DNA of 53,386 bases. Source: Octopus bimaculoides (Eukaryota). Both the position numbers and the translations under genes were made by a program. The notes beneath the pieces were generated by a model. The model searched no databases. It was not told the origin of the DNA and saw only the letters and a list, made by a program, of their open reading frames with translations. This document shows, in pieces, positions 37,969-49,894 of this stretch; the first letter of the stretch is position 1, and each line of letters begins with the position of its first letter. The DNA is taken from contig NC_068982.1 of NCBI RefSeq assembly GCF_001194135.2, positions 150,125,284 through 150,178,669 on the forward strand, in the 5' to 3' direction.

Positions 37969-38889
37969 TAGGCGAGAGACTTTGTTAATCAGTTGAGCAT
38001 TGTATATAGAAATCTAAAGCTTGTTTTATACAGCAAACAGGGAGTCTTAATAATAAAGCAAAGAAATATGTAAATTAATGTATAAGTTATGGATATAACA
38101 TGCCGAAACAATTCTGATCCAGTGTGCTAAACCTAGTCGTGGATATTTATGGCTCCTCCTTTTATCCTTTCTCTCTCTCTTTCTTTCATTCTCTGTATGC
38201 ATATATATATATATATATATATANNNNNNNNNNNNNNNNNNNNNNNNNNNNNNNNNNNNNNNNNATATGTATTTATATTTTTTTTCCGTGTCGTTATGTC
38301 ATTCCCAATTTTCATTATATATTTTCTTCTCTCAATATCTCTTCGCAATTCTTCATTCTCTCATTTCTTATCGCTTTTTTCACGCTATTTCTTGCTCCCC
38401 ACCCCCGCGCCTTCCACCCCTTTTCTTTTTTATATATATTTTTTCTCCTTCATTTCTTATCTTCTCTTTTTGCTGTTATTTTAATCATGTTTTTCGTTTT
38501 GTTTTGTTTTTACTTGTTTATTTTATTGACTTCTTCCTGAATTCGTTTTTTTTTTTCCTTTTCTCGGTGCCAACTCTACTCTATCTTATACTAATTGTCA
38601 TTTCATCGATTAATTCTTCACAGCTGGGATTGAAATTATATTCACTGCTGTGGAATAAAATTTCTGACCACTACTTTATGTCAGCATCATATTTCCTCCC
38701 TACCCCTGGTGCAACAATGACAACAACAACAACAGCAACAACAACAACATTATAAACAACGATGGAAAGGTTCTTTTAAACAACCTTCGAAAATATATCT
38801 GCCATTCTTAATCATCAAAATCATCGACCATTAACATCTCCGTCATCAATAGCACCATTGTCGTCCTCAGTATCACATCACCGACGTCA

Positions 38890-38933
38890 TCATCATCCTC
38901 GTTCTCATTATCATCATCATCATCTTCATCATC

Positions 38934-38976
<43 letters not shown>

Positions 38977-39065
38977 ACATCATCAACATCATCAACATCA
39001 TCATCATCATCAATACTATCGTTGCCGTCGGTTGTCGTCGTCGTCGTCGTCGTCATCGTCATCAT
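38890..39065. repeat. (CAT)n/(GTC)n microsatellite
   Basis: Direct reading; source of the poly-D and poly-H ORFs. Confidence 0.93.
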
Positions 39066-39384
39066 TCCATCACAGCGCAGACATTTTTACTAACAAGAAA
39101 GATTGATTTTTCTGCGCGTATAATCGTCTCAATGTCATCATCACCATCATCAACTGAAGTCTTACAAACGATATTTCTGTATTTGACGTTATTGTTAACT
39201 AAACTTGCTGATAGAAAGGGAAGCTTACGATCCTCCATTATTAATGTAATGATATTAAACCGAATCGGTTTATTATTCACAAAGCAGGAAATGTTAACCT
39301 TGAATCTAACCATTATCATTATTATTATCATCATTATTTTCATTATTATTACTATCATTATTATTATTATTAATGTATACTTGG

Positions 39385-39525
39385 ACGCTGGACTGACAGA
39401 ATCGTTAGAGCAGTATTTAATTACGGGTCTTTACTTTCTGGTTCAAATCACACCAAGGTCAACTTGTGTCTTTAATTCCAAAGAGATTGCTAAAATACCA
39501 GTCAAGTAATGGAATCGATTTATCT
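39385..39525 (+). mobile_element. Degenerate SINE family C
   Basis: CTGACAGAATCGTTAGAGC, GGTTCAAATCACACCAAGGTCAAC, AAATACCAGTCAAG; follows (ATT/ATC)n. Confidence 0.55.
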
Positions 39526-39555
39526 CATTTCTGATCTTGTATGTTTACATTAGCC

Positions 39556-39792
<237 letters not shown>

Positions 39793-39894
39793 AAGATAAA
39801 ACCATAAAATTGACAAATACACTTTGGAAGGAAAACATACACAAACGTACTCGCACCGAGTTCCTGAAACAGGTTCAGCTACGACAATGAACAT

Positions 39895-40040
39895 TAATAA
39901 TAATAATATTGGTTTCAAATTTTGGCACAAGGGCAGGGAGTAAATCGATTATATCGACCCCAGTGTTCAACTGGTGCTTTATTTTATCGACCCCGAACAG
40001 ATGAAAGGCAAAGTTGACCTTGGCGGAATTTGAACTCATG
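39895..40040 (-). mobile_element. SINE family C 3' part
   Basis: TTTCAAATTTTGGCACAAG, ATCGACCCCGAACAGATGAAAGGCAAAGTTGACC, GGAATTTGAACTCA. Confidence 0.8.
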
Positions 40041-40189
40041 CTAATTTGAGGGTAATTGTTCAGTTTATGGGCGTAAAAAAATAAATAAAAATCAGGGAGA
40101 GATAACTAAAGAAGCAAAGGGAAGTAAGTCAACTTACTTCTCCACTGAATTACGCCATATACGAAAGTTTCAATTTAGGATAGCTTTAT

Positions 40190-40607
40190 TAAGGGATGAT
40201 TGTGATGGCTTTGGCCCATCTTTAATTGGTGTATGAACAATTACCGATATTGAGTTTTGTATTAATATCACCTTTGATTTTATTTTTTTCTGTTAAAATT
40301 CCGGCAACGGGGATTAACTCTGGAATCCCCTCCCCGCCCATATAGTTCATGAATTTAGACGGTTTAGATTTGCGATACTATCCCTTTATTTCCTATCATA
40401 GATGGATAGATTCCTAAAGATTCCGCTCGCGCATTCACAGCAAACAAGGCACAGGGCCAGACTTTAGATCGTATAGGTGTATTTTTACTCAGTCCAAGGT
40501 TTACACGCGGCCAGTTATACGTCGCTATGAGTAGAGCATCGGACTCCAGTAATTTGAAAATTAATGTCGACCAAACAGAAAATATCATCTACAAAGAAGT
40601 TTTGTAA
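40190..40607 (+). mobile_element. Helitron RepHel PIF1-like helicase C-terminal remnant (clear part 40431-40607)
   Basis: AFTANKAQGQTLDRIGVFLLSPRFTRGQLYVAMSRASDSSNLKINVDQTENIIYKEVL*; not in the ORF track; upstream degenerate. Confidence 0.85.
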
Positions 40608-40704
40608 TCATATTGATATTATCAAAAGGAATATGATTCATAATTTAAATCAGGAAATTCATGAACTTTGAATGTATAAGAGTATAAACAACTAAAATAA
40701 AAGT

Positions 40705-41160
40705 ATTCTTTTATTCTCTTACTTGCTTCAGTTATTTGACTGCGGCCATGCTGGAGCACCGCCTTTAGTCGAACGAATCGACCCCAGGACTTATGCTTTG
40801 TAAGCCTAGTACTTATTCAATCGATCTATTTTGCCGAACTGTCAAGTTACAGGGACGTAAATACACCAGCATCGGTTGACAAGCGATGGTGGAGGGGACA
40901 AACACAAACGCACAAACATATACATGCATACATATATATATATATANNNNNNNNNNGTCATATTTAGACTATGGCCATTCTGGAAAACCGCCTTGAAGAA
41001 TTCCTAGTCGAATGGGTCGGCGGTAGTACATTTTTATATTTTTTAAACCTGGTACTTATTGTATCGGTCACTTTTGCCGAATCACTAATTTACAGAAAGG
41101 TGAACCCACCAACACCGGTTGTCAAGCGGTAGTAGGGGATAAACAGAGACACAAAGATAC
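40705..41160 (-). mobile_element. Two divergent SINE family A 3' halves in tandem, separated by microsatellite and a 10-N gap
   Basis: TTGACTGCGGCCATGCTGGAGCACCGCC (40705-40920) and GACTATGGCCATTCTGGAAAACCGCC...CCGGTTGTCAAGCG (40957-41160). Confidence 0.82.
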
Positions 41161-41172
41161 AGACACACACAA

Positions 41173-41227
<55 letters not shown>

Positions 41228-41247
41228 TGTGTGTGTGTGTGTGTATA

Positions 41248-41462
41248 CGAGGGATGTTGAAAAGTTCCTGGATTTGAGTAAAAGAATATACAGGAGGATA
41301 AGTTAATTATGATTTTATTCAACATATTTCCCTTTCAGATTCACACACTTATTGCTGTGGTCCTTCAGTTTTTCTAAAATCTGTAAAAGGACTCGGAGGG
41401 TTGGGCCTCCAGCCAGGCCTTTCGCGATACCCTTGAATCCAGGAACCTTTCAGCTCCCCTCG
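41248..41462. mobile_element. 215-bp mariner-type MITE
   Basis: TA-CGAGGGATGTTGAAAAGTTCCTGGATT ... AATCCAGGAACCTTTCAGCTCCCCTCG-TA. Confidence 0.88.
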
Positions 41463-42222
41463 TATGTATATCTATGTCTGGATGTGTACGTGTGTATGTG
41501 TGTTTGTGCGTGTATGTATGTAAATGTATTTGTGTGCATGTGTTTGTGTATATATACATATATATATATATCAGATATCACTCACAAATTGATCGATTGT
41601 TTGAAGGTTATAACGGAGTTAAACTCGCCCAATGTGCCGTCTTGTGGGATTGAACCACATGTACGTGTAGGTTTGCAATTTTTCTGAAGAATGACTGATT
41701 AGTTGGTAGTATATTTGATTTGTTGATAATGCTATTATCCGTGTTCTCAACTCAAAAACAGTTATTGCCATTTCTAGTCAATATATGGAACTGGCGCCCA
41801 TTCGGTGAAAGTAAAATATAAAGAAATAAACAAGTAAATAAATAAAACTGTTATATATTATGGATTGAAGACAATGATGAGTTTTAGTGGATTTAATTTT
41901 GTTTGATAACTCAAGGCCAGTTGCAGGGGGAAGTTATTTTTAACAACAATATTTGTACTTTACGACCAAAATAAATTAAAGCAAAGATGGTGGATAATGC
42001 ATAAATAATAAGCTATTAAATTTCTGTATTACAAAGACGACCATCACAGTATTGATTAAGAATTTTATCACATTGCGTTTTTAATACTTACACTAAGTTC
42101 AAATCTATCCGAGATCAAAATTGACTTTCATTTTGAGGGAAGACCGCTTACATAAAGTAGCAATCAATCACTAGGGGACAATTTAATCGTGTCTACTTTC
42201 CCCAAAGTATTTGCGGAGACTA

Positions 42223-43095
42223 CGAGGTGCATTCAAAAAATATTCGACTTAATTTTTTCCCGCCGAAACTAATGCCGCGTGAGCAAAATCCTTTGAGTAG
42301 GAGATAAACGCTACTCTTCTTGCGCATGCATGAACATTTTCCCGCCTATAGACAGCATCGTTCCCAGGTGTTACGCCTATAGTATAGACGTGTAATGCGC
42401 ACTCGTCAGATTTTCATTTTCACCGAACGCATCGAGCAGAGATATTGCATCAAGTCTTGCCAAAAACTTGGTGATACTCAAGCTCAAACAATCCAGAAGA
42501 TTCAGCAGGTTTTTGGAGATGATGTCATGAGCAAGACTCAGATCAAGGAGTGGTAGAACTGCTTCAAACATGGCCTCACTTCAGTAGAAAGTGAGGCACG
42601 CTCAGGCAGGCCATCCACAAGCCGAAATGAGAAGCCGATTGAGAAGGTTCGGCGAATAGTCACAGATGACTGTCGTGTAATAATCCAGGAAATTGCCCAC
42701 GAAGTGGGAATAAACACAGAATCAGTGGATTCTATTTTAGCAGAGGATCTGTGCAAGCTGAGTAAAAGCAACTCCGCAAGGAAATCGCTCAAGACATGCT
42801 GGAGTGTACAAACCACGGCCCAGGCTTCATGATGACCATCATAGCTATTGATGAGACAGATTTATGGTCTCTGCTCGATGCGTTCGGTCATCTTCTATGA
42901 AAACGAAAATCCGACGTGCGCGTACTACACGTCTGTACTCTAGGTGTAACAGCCAAGAACTGATGCCACCTGCCGGCGCGAAAATTTTCACACAGGCGCC
43001 GGAATGTTGGAATCACCTCCCACCCAAAAGATTTTACCCACGTGGCATTAGTTTTGGCAAGAAAATAGAGTCGGATACTTTATGAGCATACCTCG
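42223..43095 (+). mobile_element. Deleted mariner derivative made of two left ends in inverted orientation
   Basis: TA-CGAGGT...ACCTCG-TA termini; transposase N-half TERIEQRYCIK...SGRPSTS...TIIAIDET (42420-42858); 42868-43095 is the reverse complement of 42223-42442. Confidence 0.9.
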
Positions 43096-43869
43096 TATTC
43101 TACCTTCACATATATAATCTGTCAGTCTTAATAGTATTTAAACTTAACAATGAAGATAGCATTGTTTGACTGGAGCTCGTGATGAGTTTTCTGATTAAAT
43201 TCAAAGTAATATCTATTCTGACAATTACATTTCTAGTTGAATATTTGGTTTCTGAGAACTTTTTATTTCGGTGTAGCATAGGTGAAGTTTGAAATAGAAC
43301 CTTCTTATTTGACAAAGAATAAACAACATTTGAATGAATGAGACATACAACGCTTTATGATATTGTCGAAGTCTTAACCTAAAGAAATTAATCAATTTAC
43401 AATACTTCGTTTATTTTGTCCGATAATGATTGAATTTCAAATAAAATATACGTTGCCTTATGTCTCAACATGTGAACTCTAGGATCATAGAGTTAAGATA
43501 ACTGTCTTTAAATTAGCTTTTTAGCTTGTTCGGTTTCAGCCATCTTTCCGTCCGAACAATCAATCACAAGTGGTATAACCTCGCGACGTACCTTTCTCGT
43601 CCATGAATTTCAAACAGAAAAAGGAATGAGGGGAAACTGTTTTCTGATTCTTTTTCCTCGCTGGAAAATTACACATTGATAATACCATTTATAATCTAAT
43701 GATAAATCTGGTGATCTATCAGTTGTTAACTTTTGCATGCGATATAAAATTTTGTTTTACTGTCTTCAGTTTAATTCCTTTAAAGCAAGTAATTTGATAG
43801 CACAATACACTTGTTTTCCAATAACTTCTAGTTGTAGCCATGATATTGCTTGTGCCATAAATGCATTGA

Positions 43870-44180
43870 TATACATAGGATCGATGTAATCGACTCTCCC
43901 CCTCCTCCAAAATTTCAAGCCTGCTACCTGTAGTAGAGAGAATATTAACATTATCATTAAATATTTACATACAAAAACATTAGTTTTTATATCACTAAAA
44001 CGTTTATAAGCTTCATTATTTTCCTTATTAAGCAGGGTGACGAGCTGGCAGGATCGTTACTGCACCGGAAAAAATGCTTAGTGGCATTCCTTCGGGCTTT
44101 ATAAACACTGGGGTCGGTATTCGGCTAGTTCCCTTCCTCAAAATTTCAGATTTTTTTGCCTATAGTAGGAAGAGTTTTTT
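43870..44180 (+). mobile_element. Two partial SINE family C copies (43870-43950; 44035-44180)
   Basis: GATCGATGTAATCGACTCTCCCC...GTAGTAGAGAGAAT and GACGAGCTGGCAGGATCG...CCTATAGTAGGAAG. Confidence 0.7.
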
Positions 44181-44527
44181 TCTGTCTCAAATAATTTTCT
44201 TCTTTAGGAAAGAAAATCCAATCCAGCTACCATTTCCCTTTACTGTAGGCAATCTGCATTTAACACTATTTCACTCTTCCGAATCATAGCCAGTTTGCAT
44301 TTTAATATTATTAGCTACCTTTTACTGAATGATCGTTTTGTAACAGCAATTAAATGAAATAAATCACAAATATTGGGTTTTTACAACGAATTGCTAAATC
44401 TTTAGTAGATATTTAAAGTCTCTGAAATAAGGCAATGTAAGCGCATATTCGAAAGTAGAGTGCTTGAAATTCGTTCTGTATGTATGTATGTATGTATGTA
44501 TGTATGTATGTATGTATGTATGCATGT

Positions 44528-44577
<50 letters not shown>

Positions 44578-44740
44578 GGATGGATGGATGGATGGATGGA
44601 TGGATGGATGGATGGATAGGGGGTGTGGGTGTGGGAGGTGTTATTCAAAATTGTACAAAAAACAAAAAGCAGATGACAGAGACAGGTGAGGGAACAACAA
44701 ACAAGGTGTATTACTGAACATTCGGAAAAATGGAGGAGAC

Positions 44741-44774
44741 TTTGACGTTTCGGGCTTACGCTCTTCTACAGAAA
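44741..44774 (-). ncRNA. Minimal type-I hammerhead-like motif with variant core
   Basis: Reverse complement TTT-CTGTAGA-A-GAGC-GTAA-GCCC-GAAA-CG-TC-AAA; same architecture as 1565-1597. Confidence 0.5.
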
Positions 44775-45654
44775 GGAATAAGGAAAGAAAACAATAGAGA
44801 GAAAAAAGAAAAAGGATTGAAAAAAACGTATCTGGATTAATGCTTTCATCAATGTCAAATTAATGTTTACAAATGAAGTTTGTAATAAGAGAGAGACATA
44901 TTTTTATGCAGTTCCACTTTGACAGGGCTCTAAAAAAAATTCACCTTTTCATTATGGAAAAAGGAACTAAAATCAGGGATACTAATAGTAATGCAGTATA
45001 ATAGACAGCTTGGCTTCCATTCCTAAGGTGGTAAAGCAATTCTTGTTTCATAAAATCTTTGGGAATTGATGGAACATATTAACGTTCCATTTCTCTTTCA
45101 CTGAAGTAATATGCTTCCATTTTATTAAATATATAATATTATCGTTCTATATGGTGCCATTATAGCAGTATAAAGGATCAGAAGAACATTTGCTTCCTTA
45201 ATTATTTTTTTTTACTTGAGCTATTATAGAGTTAAATTTTTTTTTTCTTTTGATGTTTTTACTTTCATTTTATGTAACAGTAATCTCTTCCTGTGTTTGT
45301 ATGTTGTTATTATGCTCACTGGATGGCCTTTCTGAAAATGCTCACGTCAACAAAGTAGTAATTGTTCTGTTAGTATGGTTTATTGCATCATAACTTCTGT
45401 TTTAATACTTGTTAATATATTCTCCGTACTATCGACAATGTTTTCTCTTTTTGAATGCAACTGCCAACACAGTCACATACACAAACATCGCATACATACG
45501 GACACCCCTTCCGTAGCCACAACATTCATAAACAGAATTGTCATCATAGTGATCACTCTAATTCCAACATCCTTTGCCAGCCAACAATGAACAGAAACAT
45601 TAGCATCAATACAAACCCCGCCACAGTTTGCAAAGTATATTACTCCAGTAATAA

Positions 45655-46945
45655 TAATTATTGTTAACATAGGCAGAAGGCCACGATTTTTTAATGGACG
45701 ATGTAATAAATTACATTGACCCAAGTATTTGACAGGTACTTATTATTTTATCAGCCTCGGAGGAATAAAAAGCAAAGTAGACCGCGGCGAAATCTGATTT
45801 CGGATGACGTAGAGTATTTCCTCCGCCATTCTAACAATCCGCAGTCCAAATCTTTAATAATATTGATATCTAACACAGGCACAAACTTCAAACCTGGTGG
45901 AGTAATAAATTCGATTAAACGAAACCAATAACTTTATCAAACCTGGAAGGATGACTGATGAGATTTTCACTTAAGCATAGAGAAATTTTATCCGCTACAC
46001 CGCCAATTCTATTAATTCTTCCATCCACTGCTCATACATAAGTAAATATTACATAGCATTTTGTCCAATTGATTCTGCCATCCACCATGCCCTTGAGAAT
46101 AATGATGATTTCTGAAGTGGGCACAAGAACACACAAATTTGGGATGGACATACACTCGATAAAATCCACCCGGCTACATGAGTGGTACTTTTATCAACAT
46201 TAGAATAATCAAAAGTAAACTTTTTTGTCCAAACCCTTCTGGTTCTGCCATCCACAACCTCTCTTAACAATAACGATTTCTTATATCTACACAGCCCCAA
46301 CTGTGGAATAATAGATTATATCAAACCCTTTACTTGACTAATACTTAAATTTATTTACTTCAAAAGGAGGAAAAGGGAAAACTGGCTTCAGTGAAAGATG
46401 GATTCATAGCCAAAAAAGACAAAACAAATACTGCTGACGATCCTGCCTGCTTAACGCCTTCGGTAATTTCTAATTTAGGCAAAGGCCAGCAGTTTTAAGG
46501 GTAGGGAATGATTGATTAAACTGACAGCACTAGTTGACTGATATTGTATCTTATCAATCCTAGAGGAATGAAAGGTTAAGTTGACTTCAGCGTGATTTGA
46601 ACTCAGAATGTAAACGACTGTACCTAAAGACCGCTTTGCGGTATTTAGATACACTTTAACGGTTTTGCCTATCCAATGTTCTCTTAATAATCGTTTTTGA
46701 TCTAAACACAAAACCAGCAATTTTGAAGAGTTTGGTCCAGTCGATTCCGTTGGCTCTGTGACTTTATACTAACGACCCTGAAAGAATAACAGGTAAAGTT
46801 GAACTTGGCAAGATTTGAACTCAGAGCGTAATGAGCCAGAACAAATTCAGTGAAACGTTTTTCTTTTTTGTTTTGTTTTTTTCTTTTTTGTTTGTTGTTT
46901 TTCCGACACTCTAATGATTCTGCCAACCCATTCCCCTGCCGTCCT
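45655..46945 (-). repeat. Head-to-tail array of at least 6 divergent SINE family C units
   Basis: Recurrent GGCA(C/G)AAGGCC-like tail and GATTCTGCCA head remnants, with short CTTAATAAT-like junctions near 45855, 46095, 46265, 46460, 46685 and 46945. Confidence 0.65.
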
Positions 46946-47245
46946 CTTAATAATGATACTTAGGAAATTGAAGCGTCATGGTCTGATCGATATATTGGAC
47001 GATTAGTAATTTGTTTCCCGTCACTATGACAATCCATGCTGACTCATCAAGCCGACAAAGGAGAGAAAAGAAGGACAGAAAAAAGCGGGACGATATTTTC
47101 AAAATAAGATATTGATTATATTTATTTATTTTTTATCTAGGTAGTTGGCTATAACTTTAGATGTGGTGATGACCATATCTTTTCTAAAGTTATTAACGGT
47201 ATAAATAAAATATCAACTTATTATTATTATTATTGGCTGTAGTTT

Positions 47246-47470
47246 AAGGCGCGAGGTGGTAGAATCGTTAACGCGCGCCAGACGAGATACATAGAGGTAT
47301 TTTGCCTGTCTCTCTCTGAGTTCAAATTCCGCCGAGGTCGACTTTACCTTTCATTATTTCAAGGTCGATAAATTAAGTACCAATGAAACACTGGAGTCGA
47401 TATAATCGACTATCTCCCTCCCCCAAATTTCAGGCCTTGCGCCTATAGTAGAAAGGATTATTATTATTAT
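47246..47470 (+). mobile_element. SINE family C, full copy between (ATT)n tracts
   Basis: GAGTTCAAATTCCGCCGAGGTCGAC...CCTATAGTAGAAAGGATTATTATT. Confidence 0.9.
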
Positions 47471-47589
47471 CTATGATTTCCTTTGATTATAACTTCATTT
47501 CAACTGCCTTAGTACCGGGCTTCTTCCGGAGTTAAGGAAGAGTAGCAAGGGCACTTATGTTCTGCTATGCATGCTAAAATTATCACTAC

Positions 47590-47942
47590 ATTTATTCCAT
47601 CAGGTTATCTTTTGTAGTTCACGGAGATTGGAGTTACCGGGGAGTCGCTTAATATACTTCTCAGCTCCCTTCTTTATCATTCCCAACGCACCAATTACTA
47701 CTGGTATTATCGTAGCACTAAGCTTCCACATTTTTGTGATTTCAATTTGCAGATCTTTATAGTGAGAAAGCTTTTCGTATTCCTTTCTGGAGACATTTTG
47801 ATCTTATAGGACAGACATATCAATTAACAGACAAGTTCCTCTGTTGCAATACTTGATCACAATGTCTGGTCGATTGGAGTCAATCTTTCTGTCTGTTTGT
47901 ATCGGGAAGTTCCAAAGGATGGTGACGCCCTCACCATTTACT
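47590..47942 (-). mobile_element. R4/Dong-like RLE domain fragment
   Basis: ILWNFPIQTDRKIDSNRPDIVIK, LLIDMSV, KLSHYKDLQIEITKMW, PVVIGALGMIKKG. Confidence 0.9.
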
Positions 47943-47944
47943 AC

Positions 47945-47999
<55 letters not shown>

Positions 48000-48002
48000 A
48001 TA

Positions 48003-48228
48003 AAGGTGACGAGCTGGCAGAAACGTGAGCATGTCGGACGAAATGCTTAGCAGTATTTCGTCTGTCTTTATGTTCTGAGTTCAAATTCCGCTGAGGTCGA
48101 CTTTGCCTTTCATCCTTTCGGGGTCAATAAATTAAGTACCAGTTGCGTACTGGGGTCGATCTAATCGACTGGCTCCGTCCCCAAACAATTTCGGGCCTTG
48201 TGCCTAGAGTAGAAAAGATTATTATTAT
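48003..48228 (+). mobile_element. SINE family C, full copy between (ATT)n tracts
   Basis: GACGAGCTGGCAGAAACG...GCCTTTCATCCTTTCGGGGTC...AGAGTAGAAAAGATTATT. Confidence 0.92.
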
Positions 48229-48257
48229 TGTTGTTGTTGTTGTTGTTGTTGTTGTGT

Positions 48258-48803
48258 GAGTGAGAGAGCATCGCATGCCACCAAAGTGACACTGAAACAC
48301 AAATATACGAGGCCCAATATACCCAGCATGACTACCCGTCTCATAAAGGTACACCAGGCATATGCATCACAACTATATGTGCGCCATGGTGAACTCATAC
48401 CAGGGTAAACAGTGTATGACCTGGCAGGTGGGGGCCCAGTTAAAAATTTCTTCAGGTCGAGTAGCCCACCCCGTTCAAAAGGTCCCTGAATAAGGTTTGC
48501 TTTAAGGATGATGAACAAAACACCCACACCTCCAGAGGTGAATTATTCAAACCCCAAAGAATTCCCTTCAACACATGGCTATAATGTTCCCCCACCACTT
48601 CTGCTCGTAATCAGAGATGCACATATTGCCACTCAACTGGTTAAGGTCAAGCAACTGACAAGCAAATCTGTGGTATTGAGCAGAATATTTGCTGCAGCCC
48701 ATCTTTTATACCAAAACAAAACAATGTGCATGATAACACTTCTAATCAGTTTAGATCAGAAGCCATGAGAGCCAAGCCACTGCCTGGTACTGCATCAGGG
48801 CAG

Positions 48804-48806
<3 letters not shown>
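48258..48806 (-). mobile_element. (AAT)n-bounded ~550-bp element, copy 3 (complete)
   Basis: Minus strand starts GCCCTGATGCAGTACCAGGCAGTGGC after (AAT)n and ends CTCTCTCACTC before (AAC)n(AAT)n. Confidence 0.85.
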
Positions 48807-48859
<53 letters not shown>

Positions 48860-48884
48860 CATTATTATTATTATTATTATTCAA

Positions 48885-49328
48885 GACGTCGCACAGTATC
48901 CAATATCGTGATGTTGTTCATTGAAGATATTGTGTCTACCGGGAGTTTGTACTGGCTGTCAAGTCACAACAAGGTACTCAGACAGACAATACTTTACGCA
49001 ATATGCGTGCAGTTCGAAGTATTATTGTTGTTGTTGTTGTTGTTGTTGTATCAAAACTCACACCTTATATACTAACAGCTTATATTGCTGGGTATGATGG
49101 AAAGTGTCAGCTGTCCACAGCCAGCAGACTAAGGTGACACTTGTTTTACAGGTCATGCCTCAAGAACCCTGCGAAGAATTCTTGCAGTTCCAAGCAATGC
49201 TGATTTTTGTAGATGTTCTACCTTCACACTTGCACCGATCTTTTTCAGCCATTTGGTAGTTGAGTGCTGATACTCCCAAGTGCACCAATTACTATTGGTA
49301 TCACGTCTACTCTCTTCATTGACCACAA
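48885..49328 (-). mobile_element. Two short R4/Dong-like 3' ends (48885-49022; 49070-49328)
   Basis: RTARILRKVLSV* and LWSMKRVDVIPIVIGALGSIST..KWLKKIGASVKVEHLQKSALLGTARILRRVLEA*, delimited by triplet microsatellites. Confidence 0.85.
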
Positions 49329-49341
49329 TTATTATTATTAT

Positions 49342-49393
<52 letters not shown>

Positions 49394-49394
<1 letters not shown>

Positions 49395-49562
49395 AGGCGG
49401 TGAGTTGTCCGTATTTATGTTCCGAGTTCAAATCCCACCAAAGTCGACGTTGCCTTTCATCCTTTCGGGGTCGATAAATTAAGTACCAGTGAAAAACTGG
49501 AGTTGACGTAATCGACTAGTCCCCTCCCCAAAAATTTCAGAGCCTATAGTAGAAAGGATTAT
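49394..49562 (+). mobile_element. SINE family C copy after (AGT)n
   Basis: GAGTTCAAATCCCACC...GCCTTTCATCCTTTCGGGGTCGATAAATTAAGTACC...CTATAGTAGAAAGGATT. Confidence 0.88.
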
Positions 49563-49894
49563 TATTATTAGTAGTAGTAGTAGTATTAGTAGTAATGTCG
49601 TCGTCGAAAAGTGGGTCTTTGAATTCGCCTGTATCATTAACAATGCATATTAATTCGTGCTAAATCGCAATTTGGTATTAGATGGAGTAACAAGGAAACA
49701 TTTTTAGTCTCCCGAATACAAAGAAGACATTGCAGGTGTTAAGTGTCAAATATTTTACCAAACTAAGCGAATACTTAGGAAAACCAAAACATCTCCATAA
49801 AAATGAAATCAATGTTGAGCTTGTCTTGTATACTCCAGCGATCGCCGATGTACAATATATGGAGCCAGTTTCCTTCACATTCTACCGCATGTTA

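Noticed and set aside
38808-39106. Poly-Asp and poly-His ORFs
   Set aside because: Translations of (CAT)n; no non-repetitive coding context. The same applies to poly-N/I/L/V ORFs at 26355, 35134, 48726 and 49153.
45655-46945. Repeat-spacer appearance suggestive of a CRISPR array
   Set aside because: Eukaryotic context, long divergent SINE-derived units, no constant short repeat and no cas genes.
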